This document shows positions 30,759 through 40,671 of a stretch of DNA of 64,000 nucleotides, piece after piece. The notes beneath the pieces are model-generated. The model ran no database searches. It was given only the letters and a program-made list of their open reading frames with translations, and was not told the origin of the DNA. Location: the NCBI GenBank assembly GCA_035531235.1, contig DATKTJ010000117.1:44085-108084 (forward strand). The letters are read 5' to 3'. The translations under genes and the position numbers were made by a program. The stretch is from Halothiobacillus sp. (GTDB lineage Bacteria > Pseudomonadota > Gammaproteobacteria > Halothiobacillales > Halothiobacillaceae). The stretch's first letter is position 1. Each line of letters starts with the position of its first letter.

Positions 30759-32949
30759 GGGGCGTACCTCCGGTCGCTGTGTCGAGGAGCGGCGGTTCCT
30801 CGTTCAGCTTGAGTTGTGCCTGATAGAGCCGGAAATAATGCCCCTGTTTCGCCAGCAGTTCGTCATGCCGCCCGGTTTCCACAATACGGCCCTGATCGAG
30901 AACTACGAGCATGTCGGCCTGACGCAGGGTCGACAGTCGGTGTGCAATGGCGATGGTGGTCCGGCCCTTGACCAGGTTATCCAGTGCCTGCTGGATTTCC
31001 CGCTCGGTTTCAGTATCCACCGAGGCGGTGGCTTCGTCCAGAATCAGGATCTTGGGATTGATCAGCAGGGCGCGCGCAATGGATATGCGTTGTCGCTCAC
31101 CACCCGACAGCGCTTGTCCGCGTTCGCCGACCAGCGAGTCATAGCCTTGGGGCAGTTTCAGGATGAATTCGTGGGCATGGGCCGCGCGGGCCGCCTGGAT
31201 AATCCCCGATCGGCTGGCATCCGGGTTGCCGTAGGCAATGTTATCGGCCACCGTGCCGAAAAACAGGAACGGTTCCTGCAGAACTAGGCCGATCTGGCGA
31301 CGGTAGTCCGCGACGGAAAATTGCCGAATATCGGTGCCGTCGAGCCGGATTTGGCCGGCGGACACATCGTAGAAACGGGCGATCAGATTGACCAGGGTGG
31401 TCTTGCCCGATCCGCTGTGCCCAACCAGCCCCACCATCGAGCCCGGCTGGATGTCGAGATGAATGTCGTGCAGGATGCCGCGGTTTCCGTGCCGAAACCC
31501 GACCTGATCGAGGCTGATGGCAGCAGGGCGGCCAGCGAGCGGTTGTGGGTGAAGGGGTTCGGGCACGCTGGCGGTATGGTCCAGGATATCGAAGATGCGT
31601 TTGGCGCCGGCGGCGGTTTTCTGGGTGACCGAGACGATCCGGCTCATGGAGTCCATGCGCGCATAGAAGCGGCCAATATAGGCGAGAAAAGCCGTCAGGA
31701 CCCCCACGGTGATGGCGCCCTGCGACACCTGCCAGATCCCGAATGCCCAGACGATCAGAAGGCCCAACTCTGTCAGGGCGGTGACCGAGGGGGCAAACAG
31801 CGACCAGATGCGGTTGACTCGATCATTGATCCGGAGATTTAGTCGATTGGCCTGATAAAAACGTTCCCCCTCGCGGGCCTCTTGCGAAAAGGCCTTGACG
31901 ACCCGAATCCCGGGGATGGTGTCGGAGAGGATGTTGGTTACCTGCGACCACACGCGATCCACCCGTTCGAACCCTGTGCGCAAGCGGTCGCGTACGAGAT
32001 GGATCATCCAGGCAATGAGCGGCAGGGGGAATAGTGTGACCAATGCCAGCCAGGGATTGATTGAAAACAGGATGATGACCGTCATGGTGATCATCAGCAC
32101 ATCGGTGGCGAAGTCGAGCAGGTGCAGAGACAGAAATACGTTGATTCGATCGGTTTCCGAACCGATGCGTGCCATGAGGTCGCCGGTGCGTTTGCTGCCG
32201 AAATAGTCCAGGGACAAGTTCAGGAGGTGATTGTAGGTGGCCGTGCGGATATCGGCACCGATCCGTTCGCTGACCCGGGCGAGGATATAGGTGCGCGCCC
32301 AGCCCAGGCTCCAGGCAATAAAGGCGGCGCCGAACAAGCCGGCCAGATACTTCATGACGGTGGTGGCCTGAATGGGCACCCCGTTTTGATAGGGAATCAA
32401 TACATCATCCATCAAGGGCATGGTGAGGTAGGGGGGCACCAGCGTGGCGGCTGTGGCGGCCACCGTGAGACCGAAACCCAGCAATAATTGGGCACGGTAG
32501 GGTTTGGCAAAGCGCCATAGCCGGAACAGGGTCCAGGTCGATGGGGGCGACAGGGATTCGCTGCTTTCCTCCGGCCATTCGGTAGGCATCTTCGCCTGTT
32601 CCGGGGCGTCGGGTTGAGCTTCGGACCGAGCGCTTTGCAGGGCGTTGAACTGGGTCACCATGTTTTGTGCGGCTGGCATTCTGGACATCGTGAAACGCCA
32701 ATGTGCCCGCACTTGGTGTGCATCGATCAGTTTCAGTGAACCCACCCCGGCATGATCGCCAAGCTGGAGTTTGAGATCGGGGTCTTCAATGGGCCAGCTT
32801 GCTTCGGGCTCTTGGTCGGCGGCGCGTAATGTGAATGCCTGGGGAGAGAGGATCAATTCCCGTGACGAAAATTTCAGGTCAGGAGAGAGGTCCAGCGGCA
32901 GACTCGCTAAGGTGGGCGCTAAGAGGGGTAAGTCAGGCGCGTCGATCAC
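30745..32949 (-). CDS. ABC exporter, fused TMD-NBD with N-terminal extension (cyanophycin-locus type). Start uncertain: GTG 32949 chosen, frame is open to ATG 33144
   Basis: Walker A GHSGSGKTT, Q-loop VLQEPFLF, LSGGERQR, ILILDEAT, IAHRLST; multi-helix ABC membrane domain. Confidence 0.9.
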   Translation of the reverse strand: MIDAPDLPLLAPTLASLPLDLSPDLKFSSRELILSPQAFTLRAADQEPEASWPIEDPDLKLQLGDHAGVGSLKLIDAHQVRAHWRFTMSRMPAAQNMVTQFNALQSARSEAQPDAPEQAKMPTEWPEESSESLSPPSTWTLFRLWRFAKPYRAQLLLGFGLTVAATAATLVPPYLTMPLMDDVLIPYQNGVPIQATTVMKYLAGLFGAAFIAWSLGWARTYILARVSERIGADIRTATYNHLLNLSLDYFGSKRTGDLMARIGSETDRINVFLSLHLLDFATDVLMITMTVIILFSINPWLALVTLFPLPLIAWMIHLVRDRLRTGFERVDRVWSQVTNILSDTIPGIRVVKAFSQEAREGERFYQANRLNLRINDRVNRIWSLFAPSVTALTELGLLIVWAFGIWQVSQGAITVGVLTAFLAYIGRFYARMDSMSRIVSVTQKTAAGAKRIFDILDHTASVPEPLHPQPLAGRPAAISLDQVGFRHGNRGILHDIHLDIQPGSMVGLVGHSGSGKTTLVNLIARFYDVSAGQIRLDGTDIRQFSVADYRRQIGLVLQEPFLFFGTVADNIAYGNPDASRSGIIQAARAAHAHEFILKLPQGYDSLVGERGQALSGGERQRISIARALLINPKILILDEATASVDTETEREIQQALDNLVKGRTTIAIAHRLSTLRQADMLVVLDQGRIVETGRHDELLAKQGHYFRLYQAQLKLNEEPPLLDTATGGTPHATD

Positions 32950-33270
32950 GGTTCGGGTTCCTGGGAAAAGTCTCTTTATTTCATCGGGTTTCCCGAAATT
33001 GTGTTGCGGGGAACGATGGCTTGACGGACTTATTTTGACGAGTAAATGAAGAAAGGAATATCTTATACGGCGATGAATGGATTGTATGTAGTCGGCGACT
33101 TTCGCCATGACCCATTTGTCGTCAGGTGTAGCGGCTTTCCGCATTGATGATCCGGGGTATTGTGCACCCGGTTGATACCGGATTTCAGGGTGGGTACAGA
33201 CTGGATTGTCCCCACCCTGTTTATGTTGGGCTGCAAGAATTGCAGAAAAACTGGCTTGTAGGATGGATGT

Positions 33271-35421
33271 GTGGCGAAAACGATCGAGTTTCTGAATTTT
33301 TTATCCCTCCGTGGACCGAGTATCTGGACCTATTACCCGGTTCTTGAGGTATGGGTCGATATCGGTGATCTGGAAGACTGCCCCTCGAATACCGTCCCCG
33401 GTCTGTACGACCGGCTGGTGCAACTGCTGCCGGGACTGGTTGAGCACCGTTGCAGTTACGGGGAACGGGGCGGATTTCTCAAACGTCTGGAAGAAGGGAC
33501 GTGGCCGGCGCATATCATGGAGCATGTCACGCTTGAGTTATTGACCCTGATCGGCTTGCCAGGCGGATTCGGTAAGGCGCGGGAAACGCCGATCCGTGGC
33601 GTCTACAAGGTGGTCGTGAGTGCCTGGGAAGAGGACGTGACCCGCCAGGCCCTTCACACCGCTCGAGATTTGTTGCTGGCGGCCATCGAGGATCGTCCGT
33701 TCGATTTGACAGCCGCGCTTGAGGCGCTGCATGAACTCAAGGACGAACGGTATCTCGGCCCCAGTACGGCGAGCATCGTCGATGCCGCGATGAGCCGCAA
33801 GATCCCCTCGATTCGCTTGAGTAATTGCAGCCTTGTGCAGCTCGGTTATGGCGCTGCCCGGCGCATGATCTGGACGGCGGAGACGGATCGGACCAGTGCC
33901 ATTGCCGAAGGGATTTCCCGCGACAAGGATTTAACGAAAACGCTATTGCAGTCTTGTGGGATTCCCGTACCGGAAGGTCGTCGGGTCGAGAGTGCCGAAG
34001 ATGCCTGGGCGGCGGCTCAGGACTTGGGTATGCCGGTCGTGATCAAGCCGGAGGATGGCAATCATGGCCGAGGAGTGTTTACCAATCTGTCGACGGAGGC
34101 CGAAATCTCGAATGCCTACGCCGTGGCGGTTGACGAAGGCAGTGGCGTGCTCATCGAGCGGTTCGTTCCTGGGGTTGAGCATCGGGTTCTGGTCGTCGGT
34201 GGGCGCGTTGCTGCTGCTGCGCGTGGCGAAGAAGCTGCTGTGACGGGCGATGGCCGTTCCACTGTTCAGGAATTGATCGAGTCACAGCTCAACAGCGATC
34301 CGCGTCGGGGCACCACCGAAAACCACCCGCTGAATCCGGTTCGTCTTGATTCTGCAGCGCGTTTGGAATTGGAACGTTTGGGGCTGACCGGAGACTCTGT
34401 GCCGGTCGACGGTCAGCGGGTACTGATCTCCCGGCATGGCAATGTCGCCCACGACTGTACGGCGCTGGTTCATCCATCGGTGGCCGCGCATTGCGTGCTG
34501 GCCGCGCGCGTCGTGGGTCTGGATATCGCCGGTATCGATCTGGTCACGCCGGATATCGGCCAACCGCTACGTGCGGTGAATGGGGCGCTGATTGAGGTGA
34601 ATGCCGGGCCGGGGCTGCTGATGCACCTCAAGCCGGCCAGTGGCGAGTCGGCACCTGTCGGGCACGCAATCATCGAGCATCTGTTCGGGCCCGAAGAGAC
34701 CGGGCGGATTCCCATTGTCGGAATTACGGGCAGTGCGCATAAAACGGCCTGCGCCCATGTGTTGAATCACTTCCTGCGCTTGGTTGGCCGTACGGTGGGC
34801 ATGGCTTCCAGTCGGGGGTTGTTCGTGAAGAATCGCTGCATCGCGGCGGGCAATCAGGCCAATCGCGTGGCGGCGAACCGCTTGCTGATCAACAACACGG
34901 TTGAAGTGGCCATCGTCGAGAACGATAGCCGGGTGATCCTGAGCGAAGGTCTGGCTTATGACCGGTGTTCGGTCGGTGTGGTTACGTCAATTGATGTGGC
35001 CAAACATATCGGTCCGTTTCACATCGACACCCCCGAAAAGGTGTTCAGCGTATTCCGGACCCAGATCGACGTGGTGCTGCCCAGTGGGGTGGGTGTCCTG
35101 AATGCCGACGAGCCGATGATTGTCGATATGGCGGAACTCTGCGATGGCGAGGTGCTGTTCTTTACGCAGGATACGGCATCGCCCGTGGTCGCGGCCCACC
35201 GCGAACAGGGGGGGCGGGCCGTCATTCTGCAGGCGGGCGAATGCCAATTCGTGCAGGGTGCTGCGGAGGTCGGTCGGCTGGTTCTTCCGGCTTCGGACCT
35301 ACCCGCATTGGCATTGTTGGCCGCTCTGGCGACCGGCTGGGCATTCGATCTGAATATCGATCTCATGCGGGCCGGGTTTGATACGTTATCTGATGTACTT
35401 CCACCTGCGGCCCTGGGTTAA
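33271..35421 (+). CDS. cphA: Cyanophycin synthetase-like protein, short copy (CphA'); N-domain Zn site intact, M domain degenerate and truncated
   Basis: LRGPSIW, EHRCS..GGF..EGTWPAHIMEH, LGPST, KPEDGNHGRGV, EVNAGPGL.MH, GRIPIVGITG; GTG start. Confidence 0.9.
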   Translation: MAKTIEFLNFLSLRGPSIWTYYPVLEVWVDIGDLEDCPSNTVPGLYDRLVQLLPGLVEHRCSYGERGGFLKRLEEGTWPAHIMEHVTLELLTLIGLPGGFGKARETPIRGVYKVVVSAWEEDVTRQALHTARDLLLAAIEDRPFDLTAALEALHELKDERYLGPSTASIVDAAMSRKIPSIRLSNCSLVQLGYGAARRMIWTAETDRTSAIAEGISRDKDLTKTLLQSCGIPVPEGRRVESAEDAWAAAQDLGMPVVIKPEDGNHGRGVFTNLSTEAEISNAYAVAVDEGSGVLIERFVPGVEHRVLVVGGRVAAAARGEEAAVTGDGRSTVQELIESQLNSDPRRGTTENHPLNPVRLDSAARLELERLGLTGDSVPVDGQRVLISRHGNVAHDCTALVHPSVAAHCVLAARVVGLDIAGIDLVTPDIGQPLRAVNGALIEVNAGPGLLMHLKPASGESAPVGHAIIEHLFGPEETGRIPIVGITGSAHKTACAHVLNHFLRLVGRTVGMASSRGLFVKNRCIAAGNQANRVAANRLLINNTVEVAIVENDSRVILSEGLAYDRCSVGVVTSIDVAKHIGPFHIDTPEKVFSVFRTQIDVVLPSGVGVLNADEPMIVDMAELCDGEVLFFTQDTASPVVAAHREQGGRAVILQAGECQFVQGAAEVGRLVLPASDLPALALLAALATGWAFDLNIDLMRAGFDTLSDVLPPAALG

Positions 35422-35469
35422 GTGATTTGATCCCGCCCTTTCGATACATGGTTTTTTAGGAAAACGAAC

Positions 35470-38058
35470 ATGGAAATTACGCGTGTACGCGCGCTGCGCG
35501 GGCCGAATCTCTGGTCGCGCCATACGTCTCTTCAGGCCAGCGTGGTCTGTTCGCCGGGCGAATGTGATATCAGTGAACTACCCGAGTTTGAGGCGCGTCT
35601 TCGCGCACGATTTCCCCAGGTAGGGAATTTGCAGGCCATCGGCCAGAACCAATTGATTTCACTGGCCCAGGTGCTGGAACACAGTTGTCTGGCCTTGCAG
35701 GCGCAGGTCGGTTGTCCGGTCACGTTCAGTCGCACCGTACCGAGTCGTGAGGCTGGTGTGTTTCAGGTCATCGTCGAATATACCGAGGAGGCCGTGGGTC
35801 GACTGGCATTGCAGTTGGCGGAATCTTTGATTAATGCGAGCTTGCAGAATACGGATTTCGACCTGTCGGCGGCACACGAAACGTTGCAGAGCCTGGATGA
35901 AGACGAGCGTCTGGGGCCGAGTACGGGTTCGATCGTGCAGGCGGCGGTCGCTCGGAGTATCCCCTTCCGGCGGTTGACGTCGGGTAGCCTCGTTCAGCTG
36001 GGTTGGGGGCGGAAACAGCATCGGATTCAGGCCGCTGAAATCGATCGAACCAGTGCCATTGGTGAATCCATTGCCCAGGACAAACAGCTGACCAAGGCCC
36101 TGTTGCGGGCCGCCGGTATTCCGGTTCCAACCGGACGAGTGGTCTCCAGCGCTACGGATGCCTGGGCGGCGGCCCAAGAGATCGGACTGCCGGTGGTGGT
36201 GAAACCCCGAGACGGTAATCAGGGTCGGGGCGTGGTCGTGAATATTTCGAATGAGGAACAGTTGCACCGTGCCTATGCCAGCGCGCGCGAGGAAAGCCGG
36301 GATGTGATGGTCGAGCGCTTCATGCCGGGTTATGACTTCCGGGTGCTGGTGGTCGGCAATCAGGTGGTTGCGGCCGCCCGGCGCGATCCGCCGATGGTGA
36401 TTGGCGATGGGGTATCTACCGTCGCGCAACTGGTGGATCAGGTCAATGCCGATCCACGCCGGGGCGGTGGGCACGCGCACGCGCTGACGCGGATTCGTCT
36501 CGACGATATCGCTATCGTGACGCTGGAGGCGCAGGGCTATCACCTGGATTTTGTGCCGGATATCGGTGTTCAGGTGATTTTGCGCAATAACGGCAATCTG
36601 TCCACGGGGGGCTCGGCCACTGACGTGACGGATGATCTGCATCCGGATCTGGCGGCCCGCGCGGTGGATGCAGCCCGGATGATCGGTCTTGACGTCTGCG
36701 GCGTGGATCTCGTGTGTGAGAACGTGAACCAGTCGTTGGAGGATCAGCACGGCGGTGTCGTTGAGCTGAATGCGGCGCCTGGGCTGCGTATGCACCTTCA
36801 GCCTTCCTACGGCAAGCCGCGTGCGGTCGGCGAAGCGATCATCGCAGAGCTTTACCCGGCGGGCGAAGACGGCCGGATTCCGATTGTGGCCGTTTCAGGC
36901 ACCAACGGTAAGACAACGACTACCCGTTTGATCGGCCATCTGCTCGCCCAGTCCGGGCAACGTGTGGGCATCACCACGACCGATGGTGTGTATATCGATG
37001 GCGAACGGATCGATGCGGACGACTGTGCCGGTCCGATCAGCGCCCGTAACGTGCTGCTTCATCCGTATGTGGATGCCGCCGTGTTCGAAACCGCGCGTGG
37101 GGGGATTCTGCGGCAAGGCCTGGCGTTCGACCGTTGCGATGTGGCGGTGGTGACCAATGTGGGACTCGGCGATCATCTGGGGATAGCAGACATTCATTCT
37201 GTGGAGGATTTGGCGGCGGTCAAACAGGTCGTTGTCGACAACGTGGCACCGCAGGGAATGGCCGTGCTGAACGCGACCGACCCCATCGTGGCCCGCATGG
37301 CGGATTCATGCCCGAGTGCGGTGACCTTCTTCGCGCTGGACAAACAGCTGCCGTTGCTTGTCGCCCGCCGCGAACGGGGTGATCGGGTGATCTATGTGGA
37401 TGGGCCGGATATTGTGGCCGAGCAAGGGCCGTTTCAGTGGCGTATGCCGCTTAAGCGGATACCGCTGACGCTGTCTGGCAAGGTCGATTTTCAGATCGAG
37501 AACGTCATGGCGGCCGTTGGCGCGGTCTGGGGGCTCAATCTGGATTGGGCGGTCGTCGAACGCGGACTGGTCAGTTTTTCCGGCGACGCCACGATGGCGC
37601 CGGGGCGGTTCAATCTGTTTGATTATCGAGGCGCAACGGTCATTGCCGACTATGGCCATAACAGCGATGCGATTCTGGCGCTCTGCCGTGCTGTGCAGAA
37701 CATGCCCGCCCGGCAACGTCTGGTCGTGATCAGTGGTGCTGGTGATCGACGTGATGAGGATATCCGCCAGCAGACGCAGATTTTGGGCGACGTGTTCGAT
37801 CAAGTCCTGCTCTACCAGGATGCCTGCCAGCGTGGGCGGGCCGATGGCGAGGTCATCGCGTTGTTGCGGGAAGGGCTGGCCGGTGCGCAGCGCACGACCT
37901 ACATCGAAGAAATCCAGGGTGAGTTTGTCGCCATCGATCGGGCTTTGGCGCGGCTAGAGCCGGGGGATGTCTGCCTGATTCTGATCGATCAGGTCGATGC
38001 AGCCCTGGCGCATCTAGCCGAGCGCACGGCAGCGGAAAAAACACCGCTCGCTGGTTGA
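35470..38058 (+). CDS. cphA: Cyanophycin synthetase, full-length copy
   Basis: LRGPNLWS, LGPSTGSIV, KPRDGNQGRGV, NLSTGG, ELNAAPGLRMH, GTNGKTTT, ETARGG, DHLG, PGRFN, DYGHN, GDRRD. Confidence 0.96.
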   Translation: MEITRVRALRGPNLWSRHTSLQASVVCSPGECDISELPEFEARLRARFPQVGNLQAIGQNQLISLAQVLEHSCLALQAQVGCPVTFSRTVPSREAGVFQVIVEYTEEAVGRLALQLAESLINASLQNTDFDLSAAHETLQSLDEDERLGPSTGSIVQAAVARSIPFRRLTSGSLVQLGWGRKQHRIQAAEIDRTSAIGESIAQDKQLTKALLRAAGIPVPTGRVVSSATDAWAAAQEIGLPVVVKPRDGNQGRGVVVNISNEEQLHRAYASAREESRDVMVERFMPGYDFRVLVVGNQVVAAARRDPPMVIGDGVSTVAQLVDQVNADPRRGGGHAHALTRIRLDDIAIVTLEAQGYHLDFVPDIGVQVILRNNGNLSTGGSATDVTDDLHPDLAARAVDAARMIGLDVCGVDLVCENVNQSLEDQHGGVVELNAAPGLRMHLQPSYGKPRAVGEAIIAELYPAGEDGRIPIVAVSGTNGKTTTTRLIGHLLAQSGQRVGITTTDGVYIDGERIDADDCAGPISARNVLLHPYVDAAVFETARGGILRQGLAFDRCDVAVVTNVGLGDHLGIADIHSVEDLAAVKQVVVDNVAPQGMAVLNATDPIVARMADSCPSAVTFFALDKQLPLLVARRERGDRVIYVDGPDIVAEQGPFQWRMPLKRIPLTLSGKVDFQIENVMAAVGAVWGLNLDWAVVERGLVSFSGDATMAPGRFNLFDYRGATVIADYGHNSDAILALCRAVQNMPARQRLVVISGAGDRRDEDIRQQTQILGDVFDQVLLYQDACQRGRADGEVIALLREGLAGAQRTTYIEEIQGEFVAIDRALARLEPGDVCLILIDQVDAALAHLAERTAAEKTPLAG

Positions 38059-38062
38059 TATC

Positions 38063-39196
38063 TCAATCGGCAGATGGGGCGTCGTCCGCGAGCTTGTTGC
38101 GTAAAAACCGGTGAAAGTGCTGCATGCCTTCTTCCAGCGGAAGCTGGTAGGGGCCGGTCTCGTTCTTGCCCGCGCGATAGAGCGCTTTCCGACCTTGCTG
38201 CATCTTTACGCAGATGACTTCATCCTCAAGCCCCGTTTCATGGTAGGCGGCCTGCTGTGCATCAATCAGGCCGCGCTGATGCGCGACAATGTCCGCCGGG
38301 TAGTAAAATTCCACAATGTTTTGGGTCGATTCAACGCCCTGCGGGATGAGCGAAGAGATGACCAGCACTTCGGGGTACCACTCGATCATCAGGCCGGGAT
38401 AGTAGGTAAACCAGACCGCACCAAAGGGGTAGGGCACGCCATCGGGGCGATGCGCCTTCAACGCTTCCTGCCAGGCCTTGTAGGGGGCAGAACCGGTTTT
38501 ATGCTGCAGGTCGAGCGGATTCAGGCTGACTGTTTGTACCGACCACCATTCCCCATATTGCCAGTTCAGGTCATCGCAGCTGACGAACTGGCGTAAGCCG
38601 GGATGAATCGGCCCGACGTGATAATCCTCCAGATACACCTCGATGAAGGTTTTCCAGTTGATCGGGTAGAGGGTGGATTCGACCCGGTCCAGCCGATATC
38701 CGGAAAAATCCAGTTCTCTGGCCGCATTCATGCTTGCCAGATCGGCCGATACGTCGCGCGGGCCGGCAAACAGCAGCCCCTGCCAATTTTTCAGGCCGGT
38801 TCGTTCCAGGTCGAGGCAGGGCTTTTCACTGAATTTTGGTGCGGCGATCAGTTGGCCGTGGTGGTCGTACGTCCAGCGATGCAGCGGACAGGTAACCCGT
38901 TGATGGGGTAGCCTGCCCTGACCCTCGAGCATCAGGGCCTGACGATGTCGGCAAATATTGCTGAGCAGGCTGATGGTTTGCCCGGTGTTGACCAGCATCT
39001 TTGCCTGATCGAAACGCGCCAGGGTGTGGTAGTTCCCCGGTTCGGGCGTCATCAGTTCGTGCCCGATGTAGCCCGGCCCATTGGCGAACAAGCGGTCCAG
39101 TTCCCGCTGATAAATGAGGGGGTCGAAGTACCAGTCGATCGGTAATTGCGGGGCATCGGTCAGGGCGATGTCGGATGGTGCGCAGCAGGCGGGCAT
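38063..39196 (-). CDS. Rieske non-heme iron oxygenase alpha subunit
   Basis: Rieske CRH...CPLH, NWKTFIEVYLEDYHVGPIH iron motif, distal ED..IC. ATG 39196 chosen; the track start at 39223 overlaps the KS gene. Confidence 0.92.
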   Translation of the reverse strand: MPACCAPSDIALTDAPQLPIDWYFDPLIYQRELDRLFANGPGYIGHELMTPEPGNYHTLARFDQAKMLVNTGQTISLLSNICRHRQALMLEGQGRLPHQRVTCPLHRWTYDHHGQLIAAPKFSEKPCLDLERTGLKNWQGLLFAGPRDVSADLASMNAARELDFSGYRLDRVESTLYPINWKTFIEVYLEDYHVGPIHPGLRQFVSCDDLNWQYGEWWSVQTVSLNPLDLQHKTGSAPYKAWQEALKAHRPDGVPYPFGAVWFTYYPGLMIEWYPEVLVISSLIPQGVESTQNIVEFYYPADIVAHQRGLIDAQQAAYHETGLEDEVICVKMQQGRKALYRAGKNETGPYQLPLEEGMQHFHRFLRNKLADDAPSAD

Positions 39197-39206
39197 GAAT
39201 GGCAGC

Positions 39207-40427
39207 CTAAAATCGTCGGGCAATCAGTACGGCATTGCTGCCACCGAAAGCGAACGAGTTGGAGAGTATGGTATCGACGGTCTGTTCTCGCGCACCTTCG
39301 GCCACCATGTCGATGCCCAGCGTTTCATCCGGTACGCGGCAGTGGGCAGTGGGCGGAATCCGATTTTGGCGGATGGCAAGAATACCAATCGCCAGTTCGA
39401 CAGCCCCGCCGGCGCCCATCAAATGGCCATGTACAGCCTTGGTCGCGCTGACGGGAATGCTGTGAATGTCGGCGCCGAACACGGTGCGGAGCGTTTCGGC
39501 TTCCACCGCATCGCCGGCAAGGGTGCCCGTGCCATGGGCATTGATGTAGTCGATTGACGCGGGTTCCATGCCCGCATCCTGGAGCGCATTTTGAACGGCA
39601 CGTTGTTGCCCTTCGGTCGTGGGGTGTGTGATGTGTGTGGCATCGCAGCTGGCGCCATAACCCACGATTTCCGCCAGAATGGGTGCGTTGCGCGCTTGTG
39701 CCGATTCGAGGCTTTCCAGCACCATGAAGCCGCTGCCTTCACCCATGACGAGGCCATTGCGATCGCTTGAAAAGGGTCGGCAGGACGAACCGACGGGATC
39801 TGCGGGTGGGGCCACGGCGCGCAGGGCATGCCAGGCATGCAGTACGCCATAGGTGAGCAGCGCTTCACTGCCGCCCGCGAGAATCCGTTCGCTGTAGCCA
39901 TGCCGAATGGCGCGCATCGCTTCGCCGATGGCGGTGGCGGATGACGCGCAGGCAATGGCAAAGGTATTGTTTGCGCCCCCCATCCCAAAGCGGATGGCGA
40001 GCTCCGAGGCTGGGGCGTTGTGAATGCCGCGGGGCAGGGTCATTGGAGAGACACGGTCTTTATGCTCGGCGTAGAGACGATGGTAGGACTGATCCATCGT
40101 GCTGCTGGGGCCGGCGCCGGTGCCGAGATAGACGCCGGTTTCCTGGAGCAGATCCGGTCGATCGAGCAGCTTTGCCTCCTCGAGGGCGAGGCGGCCAGCG
40201 GTGAGGGCAAGTTGGGTTACCCGATCGTGAACGGCGGTTTTCGGGTCGTTGTCGATGCCATCCTCGATCCAGGCAGCGATGGTGATCGGGGGCGCGGGAT
40301 TCATCTCGGGGAGTGTGCGAATCCCGCTATCTGCCGCACAAACCCGATCGAAAAATCGTCCCGGCCAGGTGCCCAGGGCGGAAACAACACCCATACCGGT
40401 GATGACGACACGATGAAAATCGGACAT
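39207..40427 (-). CDS. Beta-ketoacyl-ACP synthase (FabF-like)
   Basis: RVVITGMG, intact triad IACASS / INAHGTGT / KAVHGH, SNSFAFGGSNA. Confidence 0.93.
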   Translation of the reverse strand: MSDFHRVVITGMGVVSALGTWPGRFFDRVCAADSGIRTLPEMNPAPPITIAAWIEDGIDNDPKTAVHDRVTQLALTAGRLALEEAKLLDRPDLLQETGVYLGTGAGPSSTMDQSYHRLYAEHKDRVSPMTLPRGIHNAPASELAIRFGMGGANNTFAIACASSATAIGEAMRAIRHGYSERILAGGSEALLTYGVLHAWHALRAVAPPADPVGSSCRPFSSDRNGLVMGEGSGFMVLESLESAQARNAPILAEIVGYGASCDATHITHPTTEGQQRAVQNALQDAGMEPASIDYINAHGTGTLAGDAVEAETLRTVFGADIHSIPVSATKAVHGHLMGAGGAVELAIGILAIRQNRIPPTAHCRVPDETLGIDMVAEGAREQTVDTILSNSFAFGGSNAVLIARRF

Positions 40428-40434
40428 GACCCGG

Positions 40435-40671
40435 TTATGCCTGTGCCAGCTTGGCGTGAACCTCGTCAAAGACATCGCCCAGTGTTTTGGGTGGGGTTCC
40501 GGTCTGTTCGAAGCGAATTCCGAATTGATCTTCGATCTGGAACATGAACTCGATGGTGGACAGTGAGTCCAGACCGATTTCTTCCAGTGTGGTGTCCCGA
40601 GTCAAACCCTCCCGTGCTACCGGGACTTCCTTGATGAGCAGCACATAGAGTTGTTCTTCGATATCGTTCAT
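40435..40671 (-). CDS. Acyl carrier protein
   Basis: 78 aa, acidic, GLDSL phosphopantetheine site, IEDQFGI. Confidence 0.93.
   Translation of the reverse strand: MNDIEEQLYVLLIKEVPVAREGLTRDTTLEEIGLDSLSTIEFMFQIEDQFGIRFEQTGTPPKTLGDVFDEVHAKLAQA

Noticed and set aside
32950-33144. N-terminal 65 codons of the ABC ORF as given in the track
   Set aside because: AT-rich, promoter-like sequence with no family resemblance; probably untranslated divergent control region.
33226-33245. Sigma54 promoter for cphA' (GGGCTGCAAGAATTGCA)
   Set aside because: GG to GC spacing is 11-12 nt rather than 10, and TGGCAC is absent.
33271-35421. First cphA as a pseudogene or a cyanobacterial-type CphA2
   Set aside because: The frame is intact and the N-domain Zn motif is perfectly preserved while the G-domain LSTGG loop is lost. 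This does not fit random decay or a dipeptide-polymerising CphA2.
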